A stretch of 64,000 nucleotides of DNA from Eledone cirrhosa (GCA_964016885.1 OZ024742.1:249240001-249304000), one strand, 5' to 3'; shown: positions 41,194 through 59,886, numbered from the stretch's first letter. Notes: generated by a model from the letters alone, not told the origin. A program made the numbers and translations.

Positions 41194-41261
41194 AAATATG
41201 GTTTTATAAATATAGTTTCGAATTGTTAATAGCGTATATATATATATACGCTATTAACAAA

Positions 41262-41361
41262 TGTTGCTCAAGGACATAACGCATCGCCTGGTCCAGGAAT
41301 CGAACTCACAACCTTTCGATTGCGAATCCAATTCTCTAACCACTCAGCCACATGCCTTCAC
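41262..41361 (-). mobile_element. tRNA-derived SINE head (mirror copy)
   Basis: Reverse complement of 41638-41737 with two substitutions. Confidence 0.85.
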
Positions 41362-41393
<32 letters not shown>

Positions 41394-41406
41394 TATATAC
41401 ATATAT

Positions 41407-41737
<331 letters not shown>

Positions 41738-41805
41738 ATTGTTAATAGCGTATATATATATATACGTTATTAACAATTCGAAACTATATTTATAAAACCA
41801 TATTT

Positions 41806-41868
41806 ATTTCATTATACATATTTCAAGGACACCAAGTTAAATTATGGTGTGCTTTCATCAGATAAAAT
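41806..41868 (-). ncRNA. Type-I hammerhead, copy 3 of 4
   Basis: Reverse complement of the 41131-41193 motif. Confidence 0.75.
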
Positions 41869-42159
41869 ATAATATAGAGCAGTTTTATAAATAAATATTG
41901 ACATACACTTAAAGAATGCAACCATTACTGTTGGAAGCTCCCGGATAGTGGAGTTATATCTTTAATTATACTATTAGGTAAGTTAGTATTGGTTATTTTT
42001 AAATAAGCCGTTGGCTTACGGTCATTTAAAAATATCCAATACTAACTTACCTAATAGTATAATTAAAGATATAACTCCACTATCCGGGAGCTTCCAATAG
42101 TAATGGTTGCATTCTTTAAGTGTATGTCAATATTTATTTATAAAACTGCTCTATATTAT

Positions 42160-42222
42160 ATTTTATCTGATGAAAGCACACCATAATTTAACTTGGTGTC
42201 CTTGAAATATGTATAATGAAAT
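42160..42222 (+). ncRNA. Type-I hammerhead, copy 4 of 4
   Basis: Same sequence as 41131-41193. Confidence 0.75.
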
Positions 42223-42390
42223 AAGTATGGTTTTATAAATATAGTTTCGAATTGTTAATAGCGTATTTTTAGTCCAATTATTTGTTGAGTGCTTTATAAC
42301 AGTTATAAACATATTTGCTTGTTGTATCCCAACAATTTAAATAGAACTTTTACATATATATATATATATATATATATATAAACGTTTGAA

Positions 42391-42437
<47 letters not shown>

Positions 42438-42656
42438 AAAGTTCTATTTAAATTGTTGGGATACAACAAGCACATATTTTTATAACTGATATAAACCATA
42501 TATATATATATATATATATATATAACGAAGGAAATGTGGTAAGGAACCAGGTGGACCATAACGCACCAAAGTACTCAATACTTAGGGTAGTAGAGTGGGT
42601 AATAGGAACGAGTAGGACCCCGACGGCTGAGCTCAGCCGTCGGGGTCCTACTCATT

Positions 42657-42730
<74 letters not shown>

Positions 42731-42975
42731 TAGGACAACTTACATGTATCTTCTGACCAGGAGTTAATACCAGACCATGATCTCCACCGTCTCTAATACC
42801 TTTAACTAGGCCACCACGTGGCTTTGTGGTTAAGGTATTCGGTTCACGATCGGTGGCTTTTTCATTCATTGTCTATTCCTCTCCTTGTTGATTTTTTAAA
42901 GTATATATACATTTATATATATACACACACATGCACACACACGCACGCATACACACTCACGCACACTCACGCGCG

Positions 42976-43031
<56 letters not shown>

Positions 43032-43064
43032 TATATATATATACATATACATATACATATACAT

Positions 43065-43121
<57 letters not shown>

Positions 43122-43259
43122 AGGCGTGTGGCTGACTTTATTTCACGTTGCTCCTTCTACCTGGAGTTGTGACCGATAGATAGTATTAGCAATTGGAAAG
43201 ACCAACGGAAACATTGTTCCCTCGGTCCGATTTGACGAAAGTCGATCGTTCCTTTTATA

Positions 43260-43525
43260 TATATATAAAATTGATGCTGTCTGTGTGTCCTCATTTTTGT
43301 AAAGTCTATACAAATCCACATTTCTACTCCGATTGACTTCAAACGTGCATTTATATATTCCTTGCGGTCTAAAGATATTAACTGCCGCTTTTTTTTGTTT
43401 TCAATTTTCTGTTGTTAAATGGGTGTTAGGCGCCGGTTATCCATCTCCGTCGCGCTCTTATAATATCTGTCTGTATGCCTGCCTGTCTGCATAAAGTCAT
43501 TCTGACGTATAATCTTCGATACATT
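43260..43525 (+). repeat. Dispersed repeat, probable Helitron 5' portion (second copy 48970-49260)
   Basis: Shared tactccgattgacttcaaac..atatattccttgcggtctaaagat; both copies begin in TA tracts. Confidence 0.5.
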
Positions 43526-43736
43526 CACACGCAGACACGGGCGCACGCGCACACACACGCATACACACACACACACGCACATATATATATATACATATAT
43601 ACTTATATATACATATATATATACACATACATATACACACACATATATACACATATACATATATATATATGCATATACGAACACATATACACATATATAG
43701 ATATACACATAAAAATATATGTATATACACACACAC

Positions 43737-43822
<86 letters not shown>

Positions 43823-43823
<1 letters not shown>

Positions 43824-46563
43824 TAGCAGTTTAGCCCGGCGTTGCTCGGGTTTGTTCATTTGCTATGAAAAGTTACATACAGGTAAACGTGGTTTGAAAG
43901 CGAATAAGCTTATCAATTAAGTACATAAAGCAGTTGAACCGGTTATTAAAAGTTACGAACCAATTAGCATTTTGGTCAATCAATGATGGGTTAATAATCT
44001 TCCAATAGCGAATTTAGTAGACCAAAGTTGCAAGTTGGTGGCCCTGATGCCGCTGGGTGTCAGATTTAGTCCGCCATGAGATACCCTACCAGGAAATAGT
44101 GTTCCAGACGGCATAGCTCCAACACCTGCACCAACATCTATAGCACCTCTTTGTAGACGATATTGCGTGTCATCCCTTGAGGAGAGTAAGCAAAAAGTCC
44201 ATTCCTGCTCCCTGCGCGGGAACAGGCAACATAAAGTTGGCCATGGGAGAAGCATGGCTCCCCCAAATGGATGCCCGCCACCGACAATGTTTGCCCTTGT
44301 GACTTGTTAATGGACATGGCAAAACATGGTCTCACTGGGAATTGGGATCGCCGGAAATCAAACGGGATATCTGACGCCGAGGGGAAAAGGTTCATCCTTG
44401 GAATGAAAACATTCTCCCCTCTTCCGCACCCCGTTACAATGGTGGCCTCAATCAAGTGGGTGTCAGTGACTTGACGAACATGCGAGTACCGTTGCACTGC
44501 TTTGGTGGACGCAAGTTCCTTATTAGCATAATGGGTCAGCCAACCCTAAGCTTAATAATGTGAGGTGGGAGCCCTGGGGGCTCAAGGAGATTTAATAACT
44601 CAACCGGATAATTAACGATATCGTCGGGGTCTGATTTGAAGATGTGCTCTTTACCGGGAATCTTCTCAATCAGCTGCTCGTTAATAAAATTAACCATGGT
44701 ATTTTTCGGAGCAAGGATGGCTCTTTCGCTGAGCCAATCGAGGTTTTTAAAGTTAGATGAGACATTAGGAAAAACTGCTTCCCAAAGGTCAGAAGGGCTG
44801 CTCACAATGTTGCACAGGGTGTCGATTGCTATGCCACCCTTGTCATCCGCAGGGATCTTGCCCTCACTAAGTGCTAAAATGTTCTGTGCTGCAGACATGT
44901 TGTCACCATACAAATGAGCACGCATATTTGTGCTCAGGTACAAACTATTCACCTGGAGCCACAACATGGACGACTTAAGACAGGCACGCACTTCATCAGC
45001 TCTTGTCCATTTGTGGATGACAGGCAGCGTTTTTCGAAAATCCTCTGATAGCACAAGGGTTACGCCACCCATAGTAGCCGTAGAATCACTAATGTCTTTC
45101 CGGGCCTCGTCCAATGCCTCAAAGGCACCCTTGTGTGCCATTGTGCACTCATCCCAAACAATGAGGCAACATCTTTTGAGAACCAGAGCTTTGTGTGAAC
45201 TCTTGCTGATATTGCATGTTGGTGTTTCAGTTTTTACTAAATCCAAAGGGAGTTTAAAGGTTGAATGTGCTGTCCTGCCTCCCGGCAGCAAAGTAGCAGC
45301 GATCCCGGACGATGCAACGAACAACGCAACTTTTTTCTCCTGACGAATCTTAGCGAGAATCAAATTCGTTACAAAAGTTTTTCCGGTACCCCCAGGAGCG
45401 TTTTTTATTTGGGGGATCAGGGGGGGGGGGGGTGACCTTGAGGTATAACCAGTCAGTAGTTCCTTCAAATGCTCTGGCAGTTCCGTAAGAGGGGGCAAGG
45501 TGACCTTACCGTTTAAGCAGCACATTGAAAGGTGGCTCCCCAGCCCACTTTGTAGCATTTCAGAATTGGCAATTGAAGCGCATCTCGCCTATATTTATGT
45601 CAGAGCGCATCGAGTAATTAACGTTTTGCTCATACTTGAAATCCCCTAGGTGCCAGTAAGAGCTGTTGGGGCTCGTCACACCGCGTGCAGCTTCTCGTCG
45701 TCGACTGTTACGCTTGAACGTAGAACATTGGTTGTGTGGTTGGTGGGAAGGTCTGGCAGCAATAGCAGAAGCAACATTTGCAATGCTAATGGACCGCCCG
45801 TCTGCATCTTCAGAAGCCATGGAAGTAGTCATAGCCGCAGCGTTCGTAGGAAGGCGAGCCGTCCGTTGTTTTAAACGTTCCAAAGACCTGGAAGCAGCAG
45901 TAGTCGCATCGTTTCTAGCCAGGTGCTTCGACCTTTGTTCACGGCTCTCTGAAGCCCTGGAAGAAGCCTGGTATGAAGCCATTTTGGCTAGGCGTGCGGT
46001 GCGCTGTTGGAAACTTTCAGCGGCTCGACATTCTGCTGAACGTAAGGCTGTCTGTGAAAGTCTTGAAGCATTTTCCTCAGAGGACCCGTTTGCTATAGTA
46101 GCCTTTTGCGCCACTGCTGACGCGGTATGTCGACTGAGGCGACTTCTCTTTTTAGGTGGCATTTTGTCCAAAAAAAAGGGTGAAAGTTACTTCTACAGAA
46201 AAAATTGACTTTGAAAGTCTACTGTCTGTTTAGGAATATTGTTATTGTTGTTGTGATACAAATGTTAGTAAGTAAATGGGTATCGAAAAATATGGGGTGA
46301 AAGTTACTTCAACATAAAAATTGAATTTGAAAGTATAAGGCTGATAATTGAATGTAAAAAGATTTATAAGAAAGGACCCCCAAAAAAATTTACAGCTATT
46401 TGTATGTATGTGTGTATTTTTATGTCGAAAAGAAAGGGTTAAAGTTACTTGTACAGAAAAATTTAGTTTGAAAGTGTAAGGCCGATGTGTGTGTAAATTA
46501 AGTGACATGTATTTGTATGTATGTGTGTATATGTATGTATGTGTGTATATGTATGTATGTGTG

Positions 46564-46595
<32 letters not shown>

Positions 46596-47415
46596 TGTAT
46601 GTATGTATGTATGTATGTATGTATGTATTAAAGGTTGAAAGTTACTTCAACATAAAAATTGACTTTGAAAGTATAAGGCTGATAATTGAATGTAAAAAGA
46701 TTGATAAGAAAGGCCCCCCCAAAAAAAACTTTACAGGTATTTGTATGTATGTGTGTATTTTTATGTCGAAAATAAAGGGTTAAAGTTACTTATAGAGAAA
46801 AATATAGTTTGAAAGTGTAAGGCCGATTGAAAAACTTACAGTTTAGTAAATGAAAGTCAGCTTCGAAATGGAGTTTGAACGCGCTAATACAAACACACAC
46901 ACACACATATATCTGTCTTTTAGTGTGTCTGTGTGTTTCTCTCTCCCTCTTTATCATTATATCCCTCTTTATCATTACCTGCTAATGTTATTTCTAAAAC
47001 AAACTGTGTATGCGTTGATTGATTGAAATTCCCGCGTTCCTGTTTCTATGACGTCAATCGTAACCATACCAACATATATGTGTATGTATGCACCCACATA
47101 TATGTGTGTATATGTTTTTTTTCAATGTTTCTCTTTTTCACAAACACTTATAAGAGAAGGTAGCAATTTTAAGGGGAGGTGATGAAGGAGTAGATATAGG
47201 AAACGTATATCATATGCGAGAGGAGAAATCATCGATTGTTGAAATAAATCGATTTTTCCGTAATTGTGGCATTTTTTACCCAATAAGTTCGCCCATGACC
47301 CAAGTTAGAATATTTGTAAACATTCTGCTTAACTATTCATTCAATACTTTTGGAATTGTGTAAATGTATAAAATTGAAACATACAGACACAAAAATCTGC
47401 CTTTTATAGATAATG
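43823..47415 (-). mobile_element. Internally deleted Helitron
   Basis: Minus-strand 3' hairpin cccgagcaacgccggg + CTAG|T at 43823; candidate A|TC 5' end near 47410-47415; RepHel remnants inside. Confidence 0.9.
44138..46162 (-). pseudogene. Helitron RepHel remnant: N-terminal region joined to a PIF1-family helicase, Rep domain absent
   Basis: MPPKKRSRL..., CQF*NATKWAGE/SMCCLNGKVTLP, then APGGTGKT, ASSGIAATLL, GGRTAHS, IVWDE, QFPVRPCFAMSINKSQGQTL, FSHGQLYVACSR. Confidence 0.93.
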
Positions 47416-47496
47416 ATATATATATATACATACATACACACACACATATATATATATATATGCATACATACACACACACATATATATATATATGTA

Positions 47497-47543
<47 letters not shown>

Positions 47544-47868
47544 TTCCAACGGAAACTTCAATACTTATATATATATATACAGATACAGTGTAGGTCGTTT
47601 TAACCAGTCTTTTATTATTCAAAAAACTTCTTGACAATAAACAGTAACCCTTTGTGCGCCATTCATCTAACTGTAGAGCAACAAATACCAACTAAACGAA
47701 GGATTGACAAGAACGATGGCAAATGAAGCTTCGAGGTAAGCAGTTTCCTCCCGAGTTGTTAGTTCACGCGGGATTCTCTGCTACACCTTTTCGTAATAAT
47801 ACCGAACAACGTACTGCTGGTTACTCCCTCCTCCAAAAGACGTACAAAGCATCTCTCTCTCTCTCTCA

Positions 47869-47959
<91 letters not shown>

Positions 47960-48011
47960 TCTCTCTCTCCCTTTCTCTCTCTCTCTCTCTCGCTCTCTTT
48001 ATATATATATA

Positions 48012-48962
48012 TATATGTTATAGGAACAGATTAAAGTTTAAGCAAAGAATCGCTGCTTTCAACATTAACGGGATCTTCTGAAACTAAAAAATTTAATCTG
48101 TGAACGCAGAAGTAAATATTTCGAGAAACATTGCAACCGAAGGAAAACAGGAAGACGATATTTTGGTTTGTGAAGACGTCCCCTGGTAATGAACGAAAAA
48201 AAAGCGATGATAAAACGTCGTTATGTGGACCGAGAAGAACAATTTCATGCAAAGAGAAGACCAAGTTTATGGTATAAATGGAGTCGTTAGACTAATATTC
48301 TATTTAAAATAACGGAATGATTTCCAGCCACGCAGATTAAGAATGATGTAAATAAAATTGAAAACGAAAATGACAGAGGCTATTAAAATAGTAAACGTAA
48401 AGAGTGAAGATTTAGGCTAGTACATACGTATGCCCCGACGGACATACACATACATACGCACACACAAAATACTTACATACCCCCTCCCCCCCTCACACAC
48501 ACGCACGCACGCACGCACGCACGCACGCGCGCGCGTATGTATAAACCTTACGCATTTCTACAGTATTTTCCCCAAACTTAAGACATAGGTTACTTATGTA
48601 CTCCGGATGGTCATGGGCACTTTCACTTTTCCAGATATTGATTATAGGGCCTCCTGGCAGATAACCCTCCTTTAACCTCTTCCTTGGAGTCGACTGAAGC
48701 ACTGCAGTGCAATGCAACGAAACGTCATAACTTCTGGAGTTCGCAACCGATTTTATAAAACTTGACACATGGGCTACGTTTATCTTACAGATGAATGAGA
48801 ACTCTCAGCATTGGTACACATTGATATTGGGCAGGAAACCCCTTTTGGAAAAAGCCGAGGATTTTGTAAAAGTATAGTTTTCGAAGCAGCACTGAAGTGT
48901 TGACAGAAATGGTATACACAACTGCTATTTAATACCCGAGCAACGCCGGGTACTTCTGCTAG
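48012..48962 (+). mobile_element. Non-autonomous Helitron
   Basis: 3' hairpin + CTAG|T; homologous to 51113-51804, with partial copies at 58048-58445 and ~36100-36200. Confidence 0.85.
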
Positions 48963-49367
48963 TATATATATATAACTGTTGTTGTCTATGTGTGTGTGTG
49001 TCCCCCCTCACTTTTGTAAAGTTATACAAATACAAATCTTTACTCCGATTGACTTCAAACTTGCATTTATATATTCCTTGCGGTCTAAAGATACTAACTG
49101 CAGCTTTTATCTTTCAATTTTCTGTTGTTAAAGAGGTATTGAGTGCTGTTTATCGATTTCCGTCGAGCCCTTATAATATATGTCTGTATGTCTGACTGTC
49201 TGCATAACGACACTCTGACGAACACGTCATTGCTGACGTATTATCTTCGCTACATTCACACACACACACACGCACACATATACTTATATATACATATATA
49301 TATACACATATATACATATACACACACATATATATATACACATATACATATATATATATCTATATAT

Positions 49368-49745
49368 GATAAACGGAAAAAATGAAACGAAATTTCATTT
49401 CTCACTCTTAGTACGGCTGTTACTTAAGAGTGAGAAATGAAATTTCGTTTCATTTTTTCCGTTTATCGTTTTCGGTACCCCGGCCGATTAACTCACTCGA
49501 TATGAAAATTAGGCTGCTCAGCCGTTAATATGCACAAGGAAAGTATATACTTTCAGACGTTCAATCTTCTGGCAGGAAGGTATACGTTGCTGACGATAGC
49601 TAATAAGCTTGAAACTAGTACAGCGTTCCTTTGTCAGTGTTGAACAAATGAGCAACAATGGTTGCTAGACACTGTACGGCTTAATACATTTCGAATTTTG
49701 TTTATCGTGAACTCGTGCGCCGATTTTTCGATACTCGATTATTCT
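49368..49745 (+). mobile_element. Penelope-like pLTR with 43-bp terminal fold-back
   Basis: Perfect inverted arms at 49368-49410/49425-49467; hammerhead at 49584; (TA)n on both flanks. Confidence 0.75.
49584..49626 (+). ncRNA. Intact minimal type-I hammerhead ribozyme
   Basis: acgttg-CTGACGA-t agc taataa gct t-GAAA-ctag-TA-cagcgt: stem I 6 bp (one GU), palindromic stem III ACTAGT, GUA site. Confidence 0.85.
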
Positions 49746-49950
49746 ACTATATATATATATATATATATATAAACTGTGGATGTGTGTGTGTATGTCCGTA
49801 CCCACAGAACTTCTACAATTTGCAACTGATTTTCTTCGAATTTGGAACAAACTTACGTTACATTCCCAGGAGTGTTTTGGACTCATAAAACTTTTAATTT
49901 TTTGTTAATGCGGCCCCCAGACAAATATTGGTTGGCTGGTTGCACGAAAA

Positions 49951-50021
<71 letters not shown>

Positions 50022-50169
50022 CATTTACATCTAAAGAGAGAAAGGTAGATGTAGAGAGAGAGAGTGGTGAGATAGGTCGCTATACAGAGAGAGGTAAAAG
50101 ATATTCAGATAGAGAGAGAGAATGGCGACGACGCTGGTTCACACACACGCACACACACCAACACACATA

Positions 50170-50211
<42 letters not shown>

Positions 50212-50510
50212 CTGTGCATTCTTTATTGTTCTCCATTCTGTAGAGGAAGAGAGAGAGGGGAGTATGAGTGAGAGAGAGAGAGACCGAGAGAAAGAGTAAG
50301 AGGGTATGAGAAAAAAGGGAGGGAAGGGTTGAGAAAGAAAGAGTGTAGGGAACTTTAACTTCTATTTATTTATCTATTCTTTACACACTGTTTAACTCTC
50401 CCCTTTCCTCAACCTAACGTCTCTTTCTCTCTTTCACACTAGACATACTGTGACTGTGTGTGTTATATATATTTTTGTCCGCACACACACACACACACAC
50501 ACAAAAAGAC

Positions 50511-50597
<87 letters not shown>

Positions 50598-50602
<5 letters not shown>

Positions 50603-51095
50603 TTAAATAGAAAATATGAATGGAATAACAACATCACAACTTACAATTAAGGACAAAATGAAAACACATAGAATAATCTACCAACTAGTAACATGTAAAT
50701 AAACAAATAAATAAACAATTAAAAACACACACATTCGCCCGGATGTAACACATGCGCAAACTAAGCACACAACACACACAAAAACATGATGGCGTAGGAC
50801 AGAACAAAGGAGAGGCACAAACAAAGAAAAAAAATCCCCAGTCACTGAAGAGGTCACAGAATGTGTGACGAAAGAACTTTGACAATATATGAACAACCGT
50901 CCGCTTGTGAAACCAACAAACGAGCCGGAAATTTACAAATTTCTTAAATTTATAAATCTAATTAATAATAAATTGGAGTAAAAGCAACTGGTGCGTGTGT
51001 TTTTTATTGGCAACATGACCATCCCAAATATAACAATATCGGTTTCAACACACGTTTTCAGATAAAGAATCTTGCTAAACAAATTCAAAAACGAT
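50598..51095 (+). mobile_element. Upstream pseudo-LTR of the Penelope-like family
   Basis: Direct repeat of 55524-55980 (KLNRK.EWN..., UTR, hammerhead). Confidence 0.85.
50841..50883 (+). ncRNA. Minimal hammerhead in pLTR
   Basis: gtca-CTGAAGA-g gtcaca gaatg tgtgac-GAAA-gaac-TT-tgac. Confidence 0.75.
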
Positions 51096-51112
51096 ATATA
51101 TATATATATATT

Positions 51113-51804
51113 TGTTATCAGAACAGATTAAAGTTTAAGCAAAGAATCGCTGCTTTAACATTAACGGGATCCTCTGAAACTAATGTTAAACTAATGTTCT
51201 ATTTAAAATAACAGAATGATTTCCAGCACCGGAGTTTAAAAATGATGTAAATAAAATTGAAAACGAAAATGACAGGGGTTATTAAAATAGTAAAAGTATA
51301 TAGTGAAGATTTAGGCCAGTACATACGTATGCGCCGACGGACATACACATATATATACATACGCACACACAAATACATACACATGCATTTCTACAGTATT
51401 TTCACCAAACTTAAGACATAGGTTACTTATGTACTCCGGATGGTCACGGGCACTTTCATTTTCCCAGATATTGATTATAGGACCCCGGCAGATAACCCCC
51501 TTTAACCGCTTCCTTGCAGTCGACTGAAGCATTGCAGTTCAATGCAACAAAACGTCATAACTTCTGGAGTTCGCAACCGATTTTCACAAAACTTGACACA
51601 TGGGCTATGTTTTTTCTACAGATGAATCTGAACTCTCAGAATTGGCACCCCTTGAGTAAGGGACACCTGGGAGCAGGAAACCCCTTCTTGAAAAAGCTGA
51701 TGATTTTGTAAAAGTTTAGTTTTTGAAGAAGCACTGAAGTATTGACATAAATGGTATACATAACTGCTATTTAATACCCGAGCAACGCCGGGTACCTCTG
51801 CTAG
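51113..51804 (+). mobile_element. Non-autonomous Helitron
   Basis: Homologous to 48012-48962; same 3' hairpin and CTAG|T. Confidence 0.85.
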
Positions 51805-52032
51805 TATATAATAAAATAACAGGAGGCTGAACTGGTGTAATTCCTTTTAAAGAATTACACCAGTCCAGCCTCCTGTTATTTTATAATAATTAACTTCGTA
51901 CTCGCACCACCAACAACACAAACGAAGAGTTGCATTACATCGAGTGCTCTCCATAATATTACATCGAAGTTGACCATACGGAACGACCAGTTCTATTCAG
52001 TGGTGAACCAACAAACCTAAATATATGTATAA

Positions 52033-52126
<94 letters not shown>

Positions 52127-52214
52127 ATAGGGAGAAAAAGACGATTATTAGGAAGAAAGATATATTTTTTCCTTTTTATTTTTTCTCTTTTTTCTTGGTT
52201 AGGGAATGTTTAAA

Positions 52215-52480
52215 ACAAAATATTTTACTTTGTGTGAAGTGTTAAGGTATTAGTTAATTTATTTATTAATTAACAATGGCATTTATTTATTTATTTATTT
52301 ATTTATTTATATATTTAATGATTGTCTATTGCCGGTTTCAGCATTTTATGCATTATCAAAGGGGGGAATTTGTATTGATGTAAAATATTGGTGATGTTGA
52401 ACATGTTAAGGAGATGCTGAAGAAATAATAATGTTATTTACAAACAAGGTTTTTGAACTGAAAAGAAAAAAGAAAAAAAT
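52215..52480 (-). repeat. Dispersed repeat with degenerate hammerhead (second copy 62078-62330 +)
   Basis: Reverse complement tTGATaA-tgcat aaa atgc t-GAAA-ccgg-ca; the 62197-62227 copy keeps GAAACCGGTA. Confidence 0.55.
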
Positions 52481-52489
52481 GGGGGTAAT

Positions 52490-56105
<3,616 letters not shown>

Positions 56106-56950
56106 CATAGTACATCTTTAACTATCATGCATTCTGCAATATATTCTTTATTAAATAAAAATAGCTGTTTTTAACGTCAAACAATGGTATTAATCACCAT
56201 TGTAGATATTTTCATGCTGTAGTTATTTTGCATAATCCACTTCATTAAACCAGACAGACATATAATTAAATGTGTTTTTATTGCTTTACTGGTTTCAGTC
56301 ATTAGACTTGCGGCCATGCGGGAGCTAGATAACCTAACATTGTATCTTCTTATAACACGTTAGGGTGTGGTTTCGTTACTATTTCTATGAAGTCCTAGAA
56401 CAGCATAAAGGCGCTCTCGTCGGCTGGCTGAAACACATTCTCTATAATTTATGTATCAAGCAGAAGCAAAAAACGATAAAAACGATGCCAAATAGGAAGA
56501 AGGCACGGAAGTATGAGATCTGCTTACATGAAATACATCGAAAGCTATAGACTTCTTCTGCAATGCAGTTGCGTTTATTTGGTGTAAGAGTGCCAGCTAC
56601 TTGATGGGAAAGTATTAGATAAATCTATTGCTTATATTCACAATCTGCAATCTTCTGTTATAAAGGCTAGTAAATATAAAATAGCATTCTCAGTGTGTAT
56701 CATGTGACTAGTCAGAAGTTAAGATGTACGGAATACAGGGTCGTACATTCCTCTATACGCTTGCCTGATGCCTACAGATTGAGTGGAATATCGCGAAGAT
56801 GAAGACGATAATTTCACATACTATACAACTGTTGACAATAAATCTAGCAACACGCACACTTAGACGCATACACATATACACAAACACATATATGCACATA
56901 CTCACAAACGGAAACACACTTACATACACCCCTCAGATACCTCTCTCTCG

Positions 56951-57030
<80 letters not shown>

Positions 57031-58005
57031 GATGATGCCATGAGAGTGTCAGAATAAGGGTGTATGCCCGGGGGATTCATTGTGTGTATATGTATGAGTT
57101 TCTATTCACAAGTGTGTGAATGTGCGCGCTAATGGTTTTACTTAGAGCGGGACAGTGTATCAGCAAAGTATATTTACGGTTATGCATTTGCACGTACACA
57201 GCATGTAAATATCCATATACACATATATGTGTTTAATACTTTATATGTGTATATGTTTGCATTTCTCTCTCATACACACACACGCGCGCGCGCGCGCACA
57301 CACACACGCACACTCACACACACACATACATACATACATACATGATATGATGGCTTTCCCCTCGTTATCGAGTATGGTCATTGCACAATATAACATTATT
57401 AATAGTTATTAATTCTATTGTGCAATGCCTGAGCGTGAAGATCTTTTTTAAAGTGAGGAAAGACTGTGCCAATCCCACTCTCTGAGCGACAGTAGCTATA
57501 ACCCGAAAAGAAGAAAAGATCAACATCATCGGTAACTACTGAGCCGCGTGTTGATTGTGTCTTCGAAATTTCAACATGGTTTCTTGTCAAATAGTTCTAC
57601 TAATACTACTGTCCAACTACTGCCCTTCTTCTACTCCATACATGCTGGTTCTTTATATCTTGTTAAATATTTCGTTGTACATACAGCTTAATATTTGACA
57701 AGTCAGATCAGTAAGTTCTCGAGGGCACAGTCAATCTCTTATTTTCGTTTTAAATGTACGTAATTATTTGTATTTACGCCAAGTATTGAGTCTTTTCACT
57801 CGTTAGTTAATCTTAGTTTCGAAGTGAATAGTTTATAGGGCAATTTTAAATGTATCCTGCAGTATTAATTAAGAGGAAAAGAGAAAGTTCGAGAGAAAAT
57901 TCATTATCCACAAATGATCTTATGAATGAGCTTTTGATAAGTTTTACTGACACTTTAATGAAATTCAACTGGGAGATAGAACAGAAATTAGAACAGAAAT
58001 TAATC

Positions 58006-58051
<46 letters not shown>

Positions 58052-58444
58052 GATTAAATTTTAAGCAAAGAATCGCTGCTTTCACCCTTAACGGGACCGT
58101 CTGAAACTAAAGAAAATAAACATGTGGACACAGAAGTAAATATTTCGAAGAACGTTGCAACCGAAGGAAAACAGGAAGGGGATACTTTGGTCCGTGAAAA
58201 CGTTCCCTGGCAATGAACGGAAAAAAAGCGAGGATAATTACGCCGTTATGTGGAGCGATGAGAACAATTTCACGCAAAGACGAATAAATACAAAACAAAA
58301 GCATAACCACATTTATAGTATAAATGGAGTCATTAGACTAATATTCTATTTAGGAAACCGAATGATTCTCAGTTCTGGAGTTTAAGAATAATGCAAATAA
58401 ATTTGTTGAACGAAAATGACAGAGGTTTTTCAAATCGTAAAGTA

Positions 58445-58640
58445 AGTAATAATTGTTTCTCCTTTTGGCACAAGGCCAGCAATCACCCAGTACATTACTG
58501 GTACTTTATTTTATCGACCCCGTAAGGAAGAAAGACAACGTTAACCTCGGCGGAATTTGAACTCAGATCATAAAGGGCCGTAACTTTTTGCTGCAAAGCA
58601 TGGCGTCAGAGCCTCTATCGATACTGCCAATCCACCACCG
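58445..58640 (-). mobile_element. tRNA-derived SINE
   Basis: Same family as 5832; interrupts a partial Helitron copy. Confidence 0.85.
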
Positions 58641-58713
58641 TAAAGTAAGTAATAATAGTTAAGATATAGGCCAGCACATACACACACACACATGCACACA
58701 CACACACACACAT

Positions 58714-58875
<162 letters not shown>

Positions 58876-58879
58876 AGGT

Positions 58880-59095
58880 TATATTTAATTTTTTGGGATA
58901 CAACAAGCAAAATATTTTTGGATTCCAACCAGAATGGTTGCATTTTCTCAGAGTATGTCAATATTTATTTATAAAACTAACCTATATTATATTTTATCTG
59001 ATGAAAGCGCACCATAGTTTGCCTTGGTGGCCCTTAAAATATGTATAATGAAATAAATATGGTTTTATAAATATAGTTTCCATTTGTTAATATAT
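58880..59095 (+). repeat. Diverged solo copy of the hammerhead unit from the palindrome
   Basis: Aligns to 40660-40690 and 41075-41230; hammerhead at 58991-59053 with GAAA changed to AAAA. Confidence 0.75.
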
Positions 59096-59101
59096 TGTAT
59101 A

Positions 59102-59147
<46 letters not shown>

Positions 59148-59362
59148 ATTAGTATATTTACCAACATATGCGTACAGATGTACACTAATGCTAGCAAATA
59201 CATAAGTTATGTCATAGTACCTAGGTGGTTCAATGCAGGAGGATGCAGAACAATTATATGAAAGACGTAAAATAAGAAAATTTTAAAATTAAAAATTAAC
59301 TTACTAAAATTTTAGGAAGTAAGTTAATTTTTAATTTTAAAATTTTCTTATTTTACGTCTTT

Positions 59363-59494
<132 letters not shown>

Positions 59495-59614
59495 GCATAT
59501 ATACATACACGTGCATACGCGAATATACACGTCATGCGGTCTTTATATATTTTTATGTATTATCCTTATCGAGCCCTCTACGGATTTTAGTCTTCACATT
59601 TATTATTATTACTA

Positions 59615-59808
59615 TATGGATTGGCAGTATCGGTAAAGGGTCTGATGCCATGCTTTGCAGCAATGAGTTACGGCCCTTTATGGTCTGAGTTCAAATCCCG
59701 CCGAGGTTCACTTTGCCTTTCATCCTTACGGGGTTGATAAAATAAAGTACCAGTAATACACTGGTTAATTGCCGGCCTTGTGCCAAATGTAGAAACAATT
59801 ATTATTAC
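59615..59808 (+). mobile_element. tRNA-derived SINE
   Basis: Same family as 21097. Confidence 0.85.
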
Positions 59809-59886
59809 TATATATATATATATATATTACTATATATATATATACACACACACATATATACATATATATATATATATATATGCATG

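Noticed and set aside
44138-45400. Host PIF1 helicase gene
   Set aside because: Intronless, disrupted and enclosed by Helitron termini.
57399-57590. 63-aa minus-strand ORF in unique sequence
   Set aside because: Short, non-ATG start, no recognisable motif or splice support.
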